The notes: generated by a model not told the origin, from the letters alone. A stretch of 64,000 nucleotides of DNA from Eledone cirrhosa (GCA_964016885.1 OZ024740.1:108624001-108688000); one strand, 5' to 3'. Counted from the first letter of the stretch, positions 12,040-25,158 are shown. Program-made: numbers and translations.

Positions 12040-12225
12040 AGGGCGGTGGATTGGCAGTATCGGTAGAGGGTCGGACGCCATGCTTTCCAGCATAGTTACG
12101 TCCCTTTACAATCTGAGTTCAAATCCCGCCGAGGTTGACTTTGCCTTTCATCCTTATGGGGTCGATAAAATAAAGTACCAGTAATGCACTGGGTAATTGC
12201 TGGCCTTGTGCCTAAAGTAGAAACA
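12040..12225 (+). mobile_element. tRNA-derived SINE
   Basis: Box A TGGCAGTATCGG and box B GAGTTCAAATCC, body gttgactttgcctttcatcc. Reverse copies at ~9560-9710 and ~25315-25495. Confidence 0.75.
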
Positions 12226-12240
12226 ATTATATATATATAT

Positions 12241-12510
12241 AACATCAAGCTGGGAGGACCCTTCTGTCAAGTCCAGGACATGACAGCCTCTGTAGTGTTG
12301 GCGACTACACCAGACATGCGGCCTGTGAGCCGCATGTGGCCCTTTACAAGCACACATGCGGCCAGCACAAAGGTTTTTACAGCGCAAGCATGTTTTATCT
12401 TCGTAATATAAAATTAAAAAAATTAGTTGTAATGTGTGTAATTAGTTGTCGTGTGTGGCCCTCAGACAATACATGTGGCCCTTGGGGGACCCTCAGTTTG
12501 ATATGCCTGA
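12241..12510. mobile_element. possible hAT-type MITE
   Basis: Right end agtttgatatgcctg, degenerate left end acatcaagctg, several internal tgcggcc/tgtggcc motifs. Confidence 0.4.
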
Positions 12511-12861
12511 TATACACAATACATACAAGTATAAGCTGCAAAGTGGTTGGCAATAGGAATGGCATCCAGCCGTGGAAATCTTGCCATCCACAGCCCACCC
12601 ATGGTGTCAGCAATTCTGCTTGGTTACCAACCTGGTCTGCAGACAACTCATATTACACTTGCTAACATGTGGATGTTAAACAAAGATGATGATAATAGTG
12701 ATATATATTCATTAAGGTTCCTTAATTATTTTCAATTCCTATAACACACACACGTGTGTGTGTGCTATAAGAATATATATGTGTGTGTGCTGTGGGAATT
12801 GCAAATATGTGACCTAAATGAATAAATTTCAAAGATACATATATATTCAATTATATAAAAA

Positions 12862-12867
12862 TTTATT
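12862..12867 (-). promoter_or_regulatory. candidate polyadenylation signal AATAAA of the FASTKD1-like gene
   Basis: tttatt on + strand about 100 bp past the stop codon. A second one lies near 12936-12941. Confidence 0.4.
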
Positions 12868-12966
12868 TTCATTCACAATGAAATCGGTTGTTAAATAATT
12901 ATGACTAATACTAAATGTTACTTGAATGTAGAAACTTTATTGAAATAACTAAGTTTGTGGTGAAGG

Positions 12967-13050
12967 TTATCTGAATATTTTTTTACTAAGATATTCTACT
13001 TTCTGTGGCCAGTCAGCCAGTGCCATTGAATTCCACTCAAAGAAGGGAAT
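12967..13050 (-). CDS. FASTKD1: FASTKD1-like terminal coding exon, RAP domain C-terminal part
   Basis: Acceptor ctctttacAG, then IPFFEWNSMALADWPQKVEYLSKKIFR* (FEWNSMAL motif). TAA at 12969-12967. Confidence 0.9.
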   Translation of the reverse strand: MPFFEWNSMALADWPQKVEYLSKKIFR

Positions 13051-13599
13051 CTGTAAAGAGAATTAGAAAAATAATTTATTAAAACGAATATGTGACACAC
13101 ACAGAAATGAGGCGGTGGAGACAATTGCAGCTTGAAGAAGTTTATTGCCAGGAGTTTTGTGGATATTTTGAATTTTATTTTCTTGATTTTTATATGGGTA
13201 AAATGTGAGACGATTTAATAGAAGAGTTTGTTTGTGTGGGTGTTATGCTTTGAAAGATATATGGTGTTGGTTTGAAGGATATATGAGGTTTAAATATATA
13301 TAATTTGTTTACAAACATAAAATGCCTGATGAGACGTGAGCAATAGTCCAAACAGCTGAGATCAAATACTCTTCAGGGTTTCCTGGTATCTGATTCTGAA
13401 GACACAAAGTAATATGGCAACACCAAGGCCTCCCACCTCCTGGTAATACTTCTACTAGAATACAGCAGTATTGGTACACACACAAAGTTGACTAACTTTG
13501 AAGTTCCACCTGTGATTGACTTTGTCAGATCTATACTCATGCAAAGCTTTAACCCAGAGACACCGACCCCTGCAAAGATTCACCCCATCCTACGAGCGA

Positions 13600-16500
13600 T
13601 GGCAAATGCCCAAAACTCTGAGTTGGAACCATCAATGTAAGCACAATGAAAGGAAGAGCAGGAGAAATTGTAGAGATGCTAGAGTGAAAGGAAATTGATG
13701 TATGCTGTGTGCAAGAGACTAGATGGAGAGGAGAGTCCGCTAGAGTCCTCGCAGGCAAAAGTCAATGCTACAAATTTTTCTGGGGGGAGGGGTAGGTATA
13801 CTAATAGCTGACAAGTGGGTTGATAAAGTAATCTCAGTGAACAGGATGAATGCAAGAATCATCAAACTCAGACTAGTCCTGAATAAAACAATTACCACAA
13901 TAGTATCAGCTTACGCACCCCAATCGGGGTTGCCAGACGAACTTAAGGATAGATTTTATGAGTCCCTAATGCACACTACTGCCCTAACAAGCGACAATGA
14001 CTTCCTAATCATTGCAGGAGATTTCAATGGACATGTTGGTAAACATGGCTTCTATAGAGTCCATGGAGGCCACGGGTTTGGCACAAGAAATGAAGAAGGC
14101 TTCAGGCTTCTGGAATTCTGCGACACCAATGACATGTTGATATGTAACACAAACTTCAAAAAAGCCGACAACCATCTGACCACCTATAGATCAGGGGAGC
14201 ATTTTAGTCAGATAGATTTTATCCTCATCAGAGGGCGTGATAGATGGACGGTAGTAAACACAAAAGCCTTCCCTGGTGAGGAACGTACCTCCCAACATAA
14301 CTTAGTTGTCAGCGACCTCGCTGTCAGAACTAGACAAACTTGGAAACAGAAGGCAACCTGGGGAAGAAAGATCTGAAAGCTGAAAGACCCCTCAGTCAGT
14401 AGCAGGTTTAAAGATATTCTACTCGACGCCTATAACAGTAAAGAAGAACAGATAGAGACATTCAATGTAGAAGAGCACTGGGAGTTCCTAAAAAATAACT
14501 TACTAAAGGCGATGGACGAGATCTGTGGTTGGAGCAAGTCCAGAGAGAGGAGGAGAGTGACTTGGTGGTGGAACAATAAGATAGATGAGGCAGTTAAGGC
14601 TAAGAGACAGGCATGGAAAGAATGGAAGAACGAGGGTAGCAGGGTACATTACATAGAGACCAGGAGGGAAGCTAGGCAACAAGTATACTTAGCTATAAGG
14701 GAAGCAGAGGATAGAAAATTCAAGCATGTTTTGCAACGTGAGGACCAGAAACAGGAGGTGTTCAAGATTGCGAGGCAGTGTGTCAGAGAGAATTGTGATG
14801 TCATTGGAGAGAAGTGTATCCGGAATGATAATGGTGAGCTTGCCCTCACAAGTGCTGAGAAGAAAGCTGCGTGGAAGAGCCATTATGATAGATTACTAAA
14901 CGAGGAGAATGCATGGGAAAAAGAGACCCTACCCCAAGTGGACCCTATAGAGGGGCCAGCAGTACAAATCAGCAGCAGCGTAATAAGTAAGGCAATCAAA
15001 GATATGAAGATGGGGAAGGCAACCGGTCCATCGGGTATAGCTGCCGAGATGCTGAAGGCATCTGAGTCGATAGGTCACACCATAACCACGGATTGTTAAC
15101 CAGGTAATAGTAGAGGGTATCATACCAAAGGATTGGTGCAGCAGCATCATTGTCAACTGCTACAAAGGTAAAGGTGATGCATTAGATAGAGGAAACTATA
15201 GAGGTATAAAGTTGATGGACCAGGTCATGAAAGTAACGGAAAGAGTTATAGCACAGTTGATTAGGGACCGGGTGAAACTAGATGAGATGCAATTTGGGTT
15301 TGTACCAGGAAAAGGCACCACTGATGCCCTCTTCCTTGTGAGGCAGTTACAGGAAAAGTACCTAGCTAAAAGTAAGCCGCTCTACCTGGCATTCGTCGAT
15401 CTGGAAAAAGCCTTCAACAGAGTCACCCGTGCTATAATCTGATGGGCTCTTAAAAAATTAGGAGTAGACGAATGGCTTGTGAAAGCTGTACAAGCCATGT
15501 ATAGAGGAGCAGTCAGCAAAGTTAGAGTTAGCAATGACTATAGCGAGGAATTTAGCATACAGGTCGGTGTCCACCAGGACTGTTCTTAGCCCTCTCCTGT
15601 TCATTATAGTTTTGCAGGCAATAACGGAGGAGTTTAAGACCAGATGCCCATGGGAACTCCTGTATGCAGATGATCTCGCACTTATAGCTGAATCCATGAT
15701 GGAACTAGAGAAGAAATTCCAAACATGGAAGCAGGGACTAGAAAGAAGAGGCCTCAGAGTCAACCTGACAAAGACTAAGGTTCTTGTAAGTAGACGAGAA
15801 AACAGAACCCAGATTCCCTCAGGGGAATGGCCTTGCTCAGTATGTAGGAAAGGTGTAGGTAGGAACTCCATCTTCTGCTCCAAATGCAAACAATGGGGAC
15901 ACAAGCAATGTAGTGTGATCTTAGGAAGGTTAACTAAGAATGTAGGTTTCACATATAGCAGCTGTGCTTGGACAGCAAGCAGCGAATGACCACAGGAAAC
16001 AAGCACCACCAAACTCTGGTAGGGCTCTGTAGAGACAGTAGACAGCTTCTGCTACCTAGGTGACCGAATTAGCAGCAGAGGTGGGTGTTCGGAAAGTACA
16101 ATAACTAGGGTAAGAACAAGATGGAAGAAGTTCAGGGAGCTACTGCCACTGCTAGCTGCAAAAGGCTTTTCCCTCAAAATGAAAGGCAGACTGTATGATG
16201 CATGTATACGAACAGCAATGTTTCATGGTAGTGAGACCTGGGCGCTGTCTGTGGAAGACTTGCGCAGATTAGAAAGAAACGAAGCCTGCATGCTCCGATG
16301 GATGTGTAATAGTAATATACACAAACGGCAAAGTATAAACAAATCGAGAGAGAGACTGAGCATAAGAGGAATCAAATGCTGTGTGCAGGAGAGGAAGTTA
16401 CGTTGGTATGGACATGTGATGCGTATGAAGGATGACAGCTGCATAAAAAGGTGCGGAGCACTAGAAGTTGATGGAAGCCGTGGAGTGGGGAGACCCAAGA

Positions 16501-16645
16501 AGACCTGGGATGAGGTGATAAAGGCCGACCTTACCCAATTGCACCTCTCAAAGGTAACGACACACAACCGTGACCTCTGGCGTCACGCAGTAATACAGAA
16601 GAACCGAGCCCCACAGGAACAAGCCGAAGCTGAAGCATATAGACA
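13600..16645 (+). mobile_element. degenerate full-length RTE LINE (related subfamily) in the last intron of FASTKD1-like, antisense to the gene
   Basis: Collinear EN-RT-finger-C-terminal fragments (ORFs 13765, 14512, 15212, 15534, 16179) broken by stops and frameshifts. Keeps YADD and the GTINV start motif of the endonuclease. Confidence 0.93.
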
Positions 16646-17830
16646 ATATGTTTTTCTCATTTTTGTGTGTATATATGTATATATATATGTGTGTGTATGT
16701 ATATATATATACATGTGTATATAGATATGTGTGTGCCCGTATATATGTGTGTATATATATATAAACTAATCCTTACTGAGTTTCATGTGTATGTGTACAT
16801 TGAACATACACAGCTCCTTAATATCACTCCAATTGTGAAAATAGCTTTAAGTAACATATTTTCACTATAAATTTGCATTCTTGATGGCCTAGTAGGTATA
16901 GGGCTTTATAGATAGTGACACAACTGCTATGAGGAGGTTTCAATCTCTGCTAGGAATTATAATGGTATCTCAATCTTTTTTCTTTCTTTTTTTTTTACTT
17001 TGCTTATTTAGAGATTGAAACAAATTAAAAAACTTTCTCCTCCCAGGTTCTACCTGCTATACATCCATGTGTGACCTCACCCACAAAACGACTTAGATGG
17101 CAGTGATAATCATCCCCAAAAATGAGACATTGAAATCTAAAAACTCTAAAAATTGATTGTAAAAATAGTTTTAAGTATTACATTTTTTTACCTCAAATTT
17201 GTATTTCTCTCTTTGGTTTTGTGTTTATATTTATATAATGGTAATAGATAGGTGACTATATATGACTACATTCACCTCCCCTAAGTGGGATATTTACCTA
17301 CTCCACCACCACCACCATTAGTAGAATCATTGACTAAATTCAACCCTCAACATATAGCAATGTTTTTAAACCCAACACCGAGATGGATTAAAAAATAAAG
17401 AATATCAGAATGTAAAAAAATGTAACTAAATCCTGTAAGTGATCTAATCTGTGCTCTCGACTTACCTACTTTCATCACAGAGACATCATTATCTTTTAAT
17501 GTCTATTTTCCATGTTTGCATGAATTAGATAGAGTCATGTTCTGAGATTAGACAGGTTAGGTGACTGCGTCTTGTATGTACACTCTGTTTTTGGCTTGGT
17601 TTCTATGGTAGGATGCTCTTCCTAACACCAACTGTTTTACAGTGTTGACTGGGTGATTTGTGTCATGGCATCAGCACAGCTCTTTACAGAGTGCTTTTTG
17701 TCATAGTAAAAGCTCTGACTAAACGTAATCACCACATGGTGATTATTGAATTAAGCGCCACTTATTGGGCAACAACAAACCTCAACATGATCATTCAACA
17801 TTATATAGAAGCCAAAAAAGTTTAATTCAC

Positions 17831-17945
17831 CTGAACAGTTTTATACCCAAGAATTTCCAGTTGTCGTTGTTGCATCTGATTTTGACTAAGCAGACAGCGG
17901 CTGTTTATTGAAAAATATTTTTCTAGCAGGATACTTATGGCGACT
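17831..17945 (-). CDS. FASTKD1: FASTKD1-like coding exon, RAP domain N-terminal part
   Basis: Acceptor tactttcAG, then (R)VAISILLEKYFSINSRCLLSQNQMQQRQLEILGYKTVQ (RAP motif M..R.LEILGY). Donor CAG|GTGAAT. Confidence 0.9.
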
Positions 17946-18032
17946 CTGAAAGTACAGAAAAACAGATATTTACATTGACAGATTGTGGCAGAAGATTCCA
18001 TATTAGGGATCATGTAATTGGTAAGCATTGTA

Positions 18033-18195
18033 AGGTGCAGACATGGCTGTGTAGTTATAATGTTTGCTTCCCAACCAAGTGGTTTTGAGTTCTACTCCAC
18101 TACATGACACATTGAGTGAGTGTCTTCTACTATAGCATTGGGCTGACCAATGCCTTGGGAGTGAAATTAGTAGATGAGTATTGTAAGGAAAGCCT
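18033..18195 (+). mobile_element. tRNA-derived SINE (second family)
   Basis: tggctgtgtagtt...gagttctactcc...gtgtcttctactatagc. Reverse copy at ~24945-25115, partial copy at ~26920-27035. Confidence 0.65.
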
Positions 18196-18196
18196 A

Positions 18197-19190
18197 TCAT
18201 CATCATTTTTATCTTTCCATGTTTTCATGAGTCAGATGAGTTATTTCCAATACAACATCTCTCTACTTGTTTGTTTCTTCAGCTTCCTGAGATAAGGTTT
18301 TATCACCTCAGCCCATGACTTTCTTGCACTTCCTCTTCTGAGATTTCTTTCTATTTGAAGCTCCTGGTACTTTTTCAGCCAACAATCATCGTCCATGCAC
18401 AGTCTTCTCTCCTGCACACCCCATATAATTCCTCATATACCCACCTTCAACTCATCTGTGCTTCACTATCCATGCATATTGACATTACTATACCAGTGGA
18501 CAATGTTTAGTCATTTCTTTCTAGACTTTGTATGCTTCCTTACAGTTAGTACCTCTACTTCCCCATACACGCAGGTCTCATACAATCAAAGATAAAAAGT
18601 CTTTGTTGCTAACAGAGATAGTAGCTCCCTGAAATTTTTCCATCCTGTTCTTATTCTAGCTACTATGCTTTTAGAATAACCTCTCTACTGCTAATTAGGT
18701 CTCCTTGGTAAAAAAAGCTATCAACTATGAAACCTTACCTGAAAGGAGAGAAAAATTATTTTCCCGGTGTTCTTACTATCGTGTACCTGCCACATACAAA
18801 GTCTAACTTTTCTGTTAGCTTACCTTAAATCCGATTACATCCATTGTGTATCCGTATTTTACATTGAGTACACTGTACATACTTTCTACATACTAAACTT
18901 TTAGTCTTTTACTCAGCTACATGAATTAGGTTATTAGCATACAGATGTTTCCAAGGACAATCAGTCTTAAACTCCTCTGTAATGGTCTGGAATATTATAT
19001 TAAACAGAAGGAGAATAAGAACCAAGTCTTGATGCACACTTACTTCTTCACTGAACTCATTGCTAACTCTCATTTTACTAATAGCATCTCTGTTCATGGC
19101 TTTACTCTCTCAAGTCATTCACTATTTCTAGTTTTCTTAAATCCAACCAAATTAAGTAATGTGGTATTCTGTTAAAGGCCTTCTCCAAAT
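18197..19190 (-). mobile_element. old 5'-truncated RTE copy, intronic
   Basis: Remnant ITEEFKTDCPWKHLYANNL. 3' end catcatcat...ttccatg at about 18197-18225. Confidence 0.75.
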
Positions 19191-20556
19191 CTGTGTATAC
19201 TCAAGATGAAGACACTAGTCTCAATAAACCACTATGTGCAAGATGAGGACACTAGTCTGTACAAACCAGTTTAATAGATTGTTGATTATATCGGAAGTAA
19301 AAAAAAAACAACTAATCAGTGATTGCTCCTTGCAGGAAAATAGAAGCAAATGTCTATTATTTCATTTTTAAAAAAATGTTTTTTTTTCAATACATTCTCT
19401 AAAATAGTTAGCAGTAGGAAGGCCGTCCAGCTGTTGAAACCATTTTGAAATATGAAACTCATTTAGCAAGATGTGGATAATAGCTCCAATTAAGAAAAAC
19501 TACTAGTTGCTTTCTATGTCATCAATCTCTTTCTCCTTATACTTAACAGAGGGATTATTTAGTATCCATATCTTTAATCTCCAAATTGTCTTGCATCTCC
19601 ATGTCTGTCTAAACCTTACTCCAATATCCCTATTAGGTCGTTTATGCTGGTTGGTACATTCTTTTGTGGGAAAAAACTTAGTATTTACAACCGTCTGTCT
19701 ATTTCATTTTTTTATGAGAATGAAGTCAATCTGGTTTGCATTTGCCTCAGATGAGAAGGTGATCAAATGGCTGGCTGATTTTCTGAAGTTAATGTCAGAT
19801 GGTTAGGTCATGCACATCACAGAACTCTACGAGTGATAACCCTCTTCATATCTCAAGTGTCAACAAGGACTTTGTACTCGCCATCTTCTACCCAAACACG
19901 TCCATTAAAGTCAACAGCCATGATAATGAAGTCCTTGCCACTCCTTATTGGGGTGGTCTGTAAAAGGTCCACATAGAATGGAACCTTTTGCTCATTGCTC
20001 TGTTGATTGTGGCGTGTAAGCAGAGATGATAGTTATGAATAGCCTAAGTTTCAAAATTCTGTCACTTACTTTAACTACTTCAACAACTTCCTCCATCCAC
20101 TTCTCTACTAACATTATTCCTGCTCTCCTACCCCTTCATCGTTACCTATCCAAAAAAATTTATACTGGTTTTCTTTTTCGGTGAAAAATCTGGTAGAGAT
20201 ACCACTCATGACGTTGATGAAAAAACATAGTGGTAGAAATAGTAAACTAAAACGTTTTATCTAGCTCCATCCATCTATGTTCTAAGCTGGGACCCTACAA
20301 TAGGTCACATACTCTTTCATTCCTTTCAGATCAATAAGAACATGAGTCGATTTAATTGTCAATCAACGCACACATCAAATTTAATGCCAATATGAAAAGC
20401 CAAAACTAAACTAAAATCTTAAGTTTCAAGGTAGATAACCGTAATATTCAAGGGAGATAAATATTCGTAAACAAAATCTGCTGAATCATTATTGAAGACA
20501 ACCGAATGGTTAACGTGTTGGTCTATTAAATTTGAAGACATTCTTACCCCGACCCT

Positions 20557-20598
<42 letters not shown>

Positions 20599-20699
20599 AT
20601 CATCATCATTTAACGTCCATTTTCCACGCTAGCATGGTTTAGACGAGTTGTCCCGTTGTGAGGCAGCCAAGCCGGGGTAAGACGAAAAGGATCGCTTTA

Positions 20700-20872
20700 T
20701 ACGACTTAACTTGGCGTTCGGATATACAAGGCATGTGGTTAGAATGTCACAGGAAAGAATCGCTGGACATCCATGAGCTCGAAATGGTTGCTTCCGACAG
20801 GACCTGTTGGAAGGAGTGTTTGAGGACTCTTCCCCCACGACCCTCTCAGGAATAAGTGGGTGAAGAAGAAGA
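20700..20872 (+). mobile_element. short 3' fragment of the GAA-tailed RTE family
   Basis: ggcatgtggttagaatgtcacaggaaagaatcgctg and gacaggacctgttggaaggagtgtttgaggactc...aataagtggg match 1034-1070 and 1178-1243. Ends in (GAA)n. Confidence 0.75.
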
Positions 20873-20967
20873 CTTCTATAGGACTAGAACTGTTTCATTT
20901 GCATGAAATCATCAGGACATTCCTGATGATTTCATATGAATGAAACAGTTCTAGTCCTGTAGAAGTC
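20871..20967. repeat. 97-bp near-perfect palindrome (foldback)
   Basis: Arms 20871-20917 and 20921-20967 with a 3-nt loop, one mismatch and one 3x3 internal loop. Confidence 0.9.
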
Positions 20968-22099
20968 ATTTCTGTATATAAGGAAGATGCTTATACTGTA
21001 CCAATGTATTGAGTACCTTTTTTAACAGTGGTTACCCTCCAACACAACTTGGGAATCTATATATATATATATAAATTAATAAATACACCAATTTCACAAT
21101 TGAAGGATCAATATTTATTATGTAACCAACACGTGTTTCATTAATATGTAAGTGATTACATCTAGAATCGCTAATCCAATGTATTTTTATGGACAATTCG
21201 GATTCCAATATGCTGTATGAACAGTTTTACATATCAGCTTGTCAAAGTCAAACAATGTTTTTATTCATACAGGGAAATGTTATATACACATACATACACA
21301 CATACACACATATATATATACTTTGTCCTTCTCAGTAACATTAAGCTATTTGGTTTACTGAACTGATACCAAACCTTGAGAATGAATGAAACTAAAATCT
21401 CTGACTATCAACCACTAGCCTCTGGCTCACATAAGTACAGTCTCTTCACTCTACTTTTTCTACCCTTATAAGTGTAACCTCTGGCTGATCATGTTTCACC
21501 AGTGCTCAAGAAATCCCAACTTTACCAGTCTTTTCTCCTCAGAACATTATCCTATTGGAATTCTATGTACTTGTATTTAATCTTAAATATTCATTATATG
21601 ATAATAAAGTATGTCTTATATATTGCCTCTTTATTCATATTTTTCTTGAATCTATCAACTGTTGAAGAATATTAACAGTGATGATCTCACCAGTTTAGGA
21701 GAGCCTGCAAAGGCCATGAGCAGAACCTCTGCCTCCAAATAAATGAGGTCATATATATATTACTGTGTCTACTCATGTATAAGTTGCACTTTCCTTTTAC
21801 ATACAACATTTACAAGGTACCATATATTTTGAATTGGGGTTTTGTAGGTCCAACCTATAAGTCTCATATCGATTTTAAATACAACATTTACAATAAATAA
21901 ATATTAGTATATATCTCCAGTTTGAGGATCTCTTTCTACCCTCCTTCAACTAGTCTTGTAGGCTACTGAAAAAGTGCCAAGGCACTGCCTCTCCTCCTGA
22001 CTAAGGGATACAAAGTAAAAAAGAAAAAAACCCTCAATGGCTTCACCTCCAAATTTGAGATATGTTCTTTTCTTTATATCAAGGCTGATAAGAAGCTAT

Positions 22100-22347
22100 G
22101 TAAAGTTAGTGCCATGATAAAATGTACCAACTACACTCTGTAAAGTGGTTGTGCTGGTGCTACAATAAAATGCTCCCAGTACACTCTGTAAAATAGTTGG
22201 CTTTAGGAAGGGCACTCAGCCATGTAAACCATGCCAAAATAAGGAACATATAAAGAAAATATGCTTCTCTGACAAGTCTACTCTTGGATTTTAACAATCA
22301 GTCCAACCCATGACAACATAGAAAATGGACAGATAATGATGATGATA
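22100..22347 (+). mobile_element. non-autonomous RTE-tailed element
   Basis: cagtacactctgtaaa repeats, aggaagggcactcagcc, then gtccaacccatg...gaaaatggacagataatgatgatg. Abuts the donor site at 22353. Confidence 0.6.
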
Positions 22348-22353
22348 ACCTAC

Positions 22354-22438
22354 CTTTGGTATCCTTCTTGTATTTGTGGTTCATTGGCAACAGATATGTT
22401 GACTGGTTTCTTGTCGTCGTCCAGGATACATTCAAAAT
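22354..22438 (-). CDS. FASTKD1: FASTKD1-like coding exon
   Basis: Acceptor ttttcAG, then DFECILDDDKKPVNISVANEPQIQEGYQ(R). DFECILD..KKP is characteristic of FASTKD1. Donor AG|GTAGGT. Confidence 0.9.
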
Positions 22439-22505
22439 CTGAAAATGAAAAATGTTTAATGAATCTAACTTTGAATGAGAAAATGGTAATTAGAATTTTA
22501 TTGCA

Positions 22506-22663
22506 AAGAAGAGTTACACTGCAAGTTATCAGACATTAATCATTTGTTCAATACCTTCTAGTTATTGTTGGTTAAATCTCTATTGTAAAGAAGAGTTACA
22601 CTGCAAGGTATCAGACATTAGTCATTTGTTCAGTAGGTTCTAGTTACTGTTGGTTAAACCTCT
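22506..22663. repeat. diverged ~82-bp tandem duplication
   Basis: aagaagagttacactgcaag.tatcagacatta.tcatttgttca...ggttaaa occurs twice. Confidence 0.85.
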
Positions 22664-23145
22664 GTTCATATTTGTAGAGGAAATTATATTCAATAAAAAA
22701 TTTCAATTGGATTATATGTTTGCAAAAGAAAAAATTAAAAGGTAAAAGTAAAGGATAGGGGTAGGGAGTGGCAGACTATACCCTAGTCTAGGTGGTACAT
22801 CTCAGCTGTGCCCCATGAAGATATTTCCATGGAAAACAGCCAGCAACACATGCTGCTTCAACCATTCCATCTCATGGAGCTCCTTCTTCAGATGGGATGC
22901 ATTCCTCCAAATTTTGTTGTGGAAAATGAGTTTGGGGACTGAGGACACTAGCAGTCTAGAAAGTGACAGCATGAAATAGAAGCAGTCAGTTAAGTCCCAA
23001 TATGTGACTATCTTCCTCTCCTCTGTGTTACAGACAGCAGTGCACAGGTTTGTGGCTGATCAGAATATGGCACCAACACTAAGGTCATATGTAGGCAGTG
23101 AGGAAAATATAAGAGATCTTAGCATCTGAAGATAACTAAATAAAT

Positions 23146-23363
23146 TTAACCCTTTCATGAAGGCACATGGCCTAGTGGTTAGGGTGTTTGACTCCCAATC
23201 ATAAAGTCTTGGATTCTATTTCTAGATAGATTGGTGCATTGTGTTCTTGATGATGCTCCAATTCACATTGTTTTTTATAATGGGACTACGGTCCCTATCA
23301 TTAAAAAAACATCCAAGAAAACTCCTCAGAGATTCATTAGAAATATGGTAATGAAAGAATTAA
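23146..23363. mobile_element. piggyBac-like MITE remnant of the same family, apparently interrupted by a tRNA-like SINE head
   Basis: TTAA-CCCTTTCAT left end and ttcattagaaatatggtaatgaaagaa-TTAA right end. Box-A-like tggcctagtggttaggg near 23168. Confidence 0.55.
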
Positions 23364-23428
23364 GCAACAGCTAAACCCCCTGTGATTCCACACATCCAAA
23401 ATGACAACAATGAAATAGATTCACTTAC

Positions 23429-23542
23429 CAAGTACAAAGAAGTATGGAGTAAAGACTGAGGATCTGTAGAATTTGGGACTGCCAAGTGCCTCTCTCAAAG
23501 CAGATTCTATTTCTTGGTGAATCCAGGATTCACCATAATTAT
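23429..23542 (-). CDS. FASTKD1: FASTKD1-like coding exon
   Basis: Acceptor cattacAG, then (D)NYGESWIHQEIESALREALGSPKFYRSSVFTPYFFVL (L.E.LG...SV.TPY motif). Donor G|GTAAGT. Phase 1-1, not in the ORF track. Confidence 0.88.
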
Positions 23543-24071
23543 CTGTAATGATTTACAACAAATATCTAAAACATGGAACTTACAACATTTTGTCTCAATT
23601 GTAGAGACTAGTGTTCACCTTATAAACTAGTTTATTCAGACTAGTGTCTTGATGTTGGTTGTTATAATCACATGTTTCAGCTGTTGTACCCTCCTACCTT
23701 CTTTGGGTGTTTGTCATATTCAGTAATATTTTCAGAACTTCAAACTAAACAGTTTATTCAAATTATGTGAGCAGAATGTGCTCATTCCATATCAGAGCAA
23801 TTTATCGCATTCTCACAGAATGAGAACAATCTCCACCCCAATGGTTTCAATAATGTTTTTGAAATTTCCAACAGAACTCTTTATTCAACACAAAAGGTAC
23901 AACAGCAAAAACGTTGTACCTATAACAACTATGATGAGGAGACTATTTCAAATAAATCAGTTTTGTAAACAATCTACTGCCATGGTTTGAATAAAGGTGG
24001 AGTTTGGTTGCATTTTCAAGAACATTATCAAATACAATAAACACCTGCATAATGTCAAAGAGCAGACTGTT

Positions 24072-24250
24072 GTAATAACAACAACCAAGATTAAGACACT
24101 AGTTCAAATGTAATAACCAAGATTAAAACACTAGTTCAAATGTGATAACAACAACAACAACCTAGATACTAGTTCAAATGTAATAACCAAGATTAAGACA
24201 CTAGTTCAAATGTGATAACAACAACCAAGATTAAGACACTAGTTCAAATA
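24072..24250. repeat. minisatellite, ~30-38-bp unit
   Basis: Five copies of aaccaagattaagacactagttcaaatgt.at. Confidence 0.85.
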
Positions 24251-24944
24251 TATCAGTTTATAATAATGTAACTTATAGTAATTTAAACATTCTGAAACAG
24301 AGAACCAAAAGTTAATTGTGCAAACTCATTTTGCTGGTTTGAGAGCTGATGAGCGTGAAGATGTATGTGTGTAAACTTGTCTTGTACATTGTCTTTCTTT
24401 ATTTCCTCTTCTGGTCACTTTGGTGCACCAACACACTTCCGTCCTCCTCCTCTTTCAATCTTTTCTATATTTCATCTGTCTGTCACCCACCTTGTGAACT
24501 GTCTCTCTGTTGACCACTGGCCACTAGTCTTTGTCCTCTGAAGCATTTTTGCCCAATGCTGTCTTTGAAAGCATTTAGCCATTTTAATGGCTGTTCTAGC
24601 AATGAGTTTTCTCATTTTTTATGTAATAATTATGATATTTTGAACTCTAGTAACGGCACTCAAGGATCAGCTGGCGGTTTTAAACTTGGTGATGGATCAA
24701 GTCTACCACCCAAAAGATGAGAATTTTATTTAAGAAGCAATTTTGGTTTGATATTTTATAATTACTGAGTCTTTGTTATTCTTTTTATTCTTTTACTGGT
24801 TTCAAACATTAGACTGTGGCCATGCTGGAGCACTGCCTTAAAGGGATTTAGTTAATTGTATTGACTCCAGTTCGGTACATATTTTATCTATCTATTTTTG
24901 AATTGTTGAGTTGAACTGTTAAGTTACAGGACACACACACATAT

Positions 24945-25115
24945 GATGGGATTCTGCAGTTTCCATCAACCAAATTTCACTCACAAGTCATTGGTCAATC
25001 TGAGAAGCTATAGGAGAAGACACTCGCTCAAAGTGCCACACAGAGAAACTGGACTCCAAGGAACATCAAACCATGTGGTTGTGAAATGAACTCCTTAACA
25101 ACACATCCATTGCTG
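24945..25115 (-). mobile_element. tRNA-derived SINE (second family)
   Basis: gctataggagaagacactcgctcaa...ccatgtggttg matches the reverse complement of 18033-18195. Confidence 0.6.
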
Positions 25116-25158
25116 ATGGCTAAAATTAATGTTAAAAAAAAGAAAAGGAAAATTGTAC

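Noticed and set aside
12040-12135. tRNA gene
   Set aside because: A and B boxes are present, but the spacing is too long, there is no cloverleaf, and it continues into a SINE body seen in several copies.
21761-21865. Tigger/pogo-like terminal repeat (tactgtg...gtataagttgcac)
   Set aside because: I could not find a matching opposite terminus.
23778-23990. Penelope RT remnant (FQINQFCKQSTAM resembles the Q..G.AMG motif)
   Set aside because: It is a single degenerate motif and cannot be supported without a profile search.
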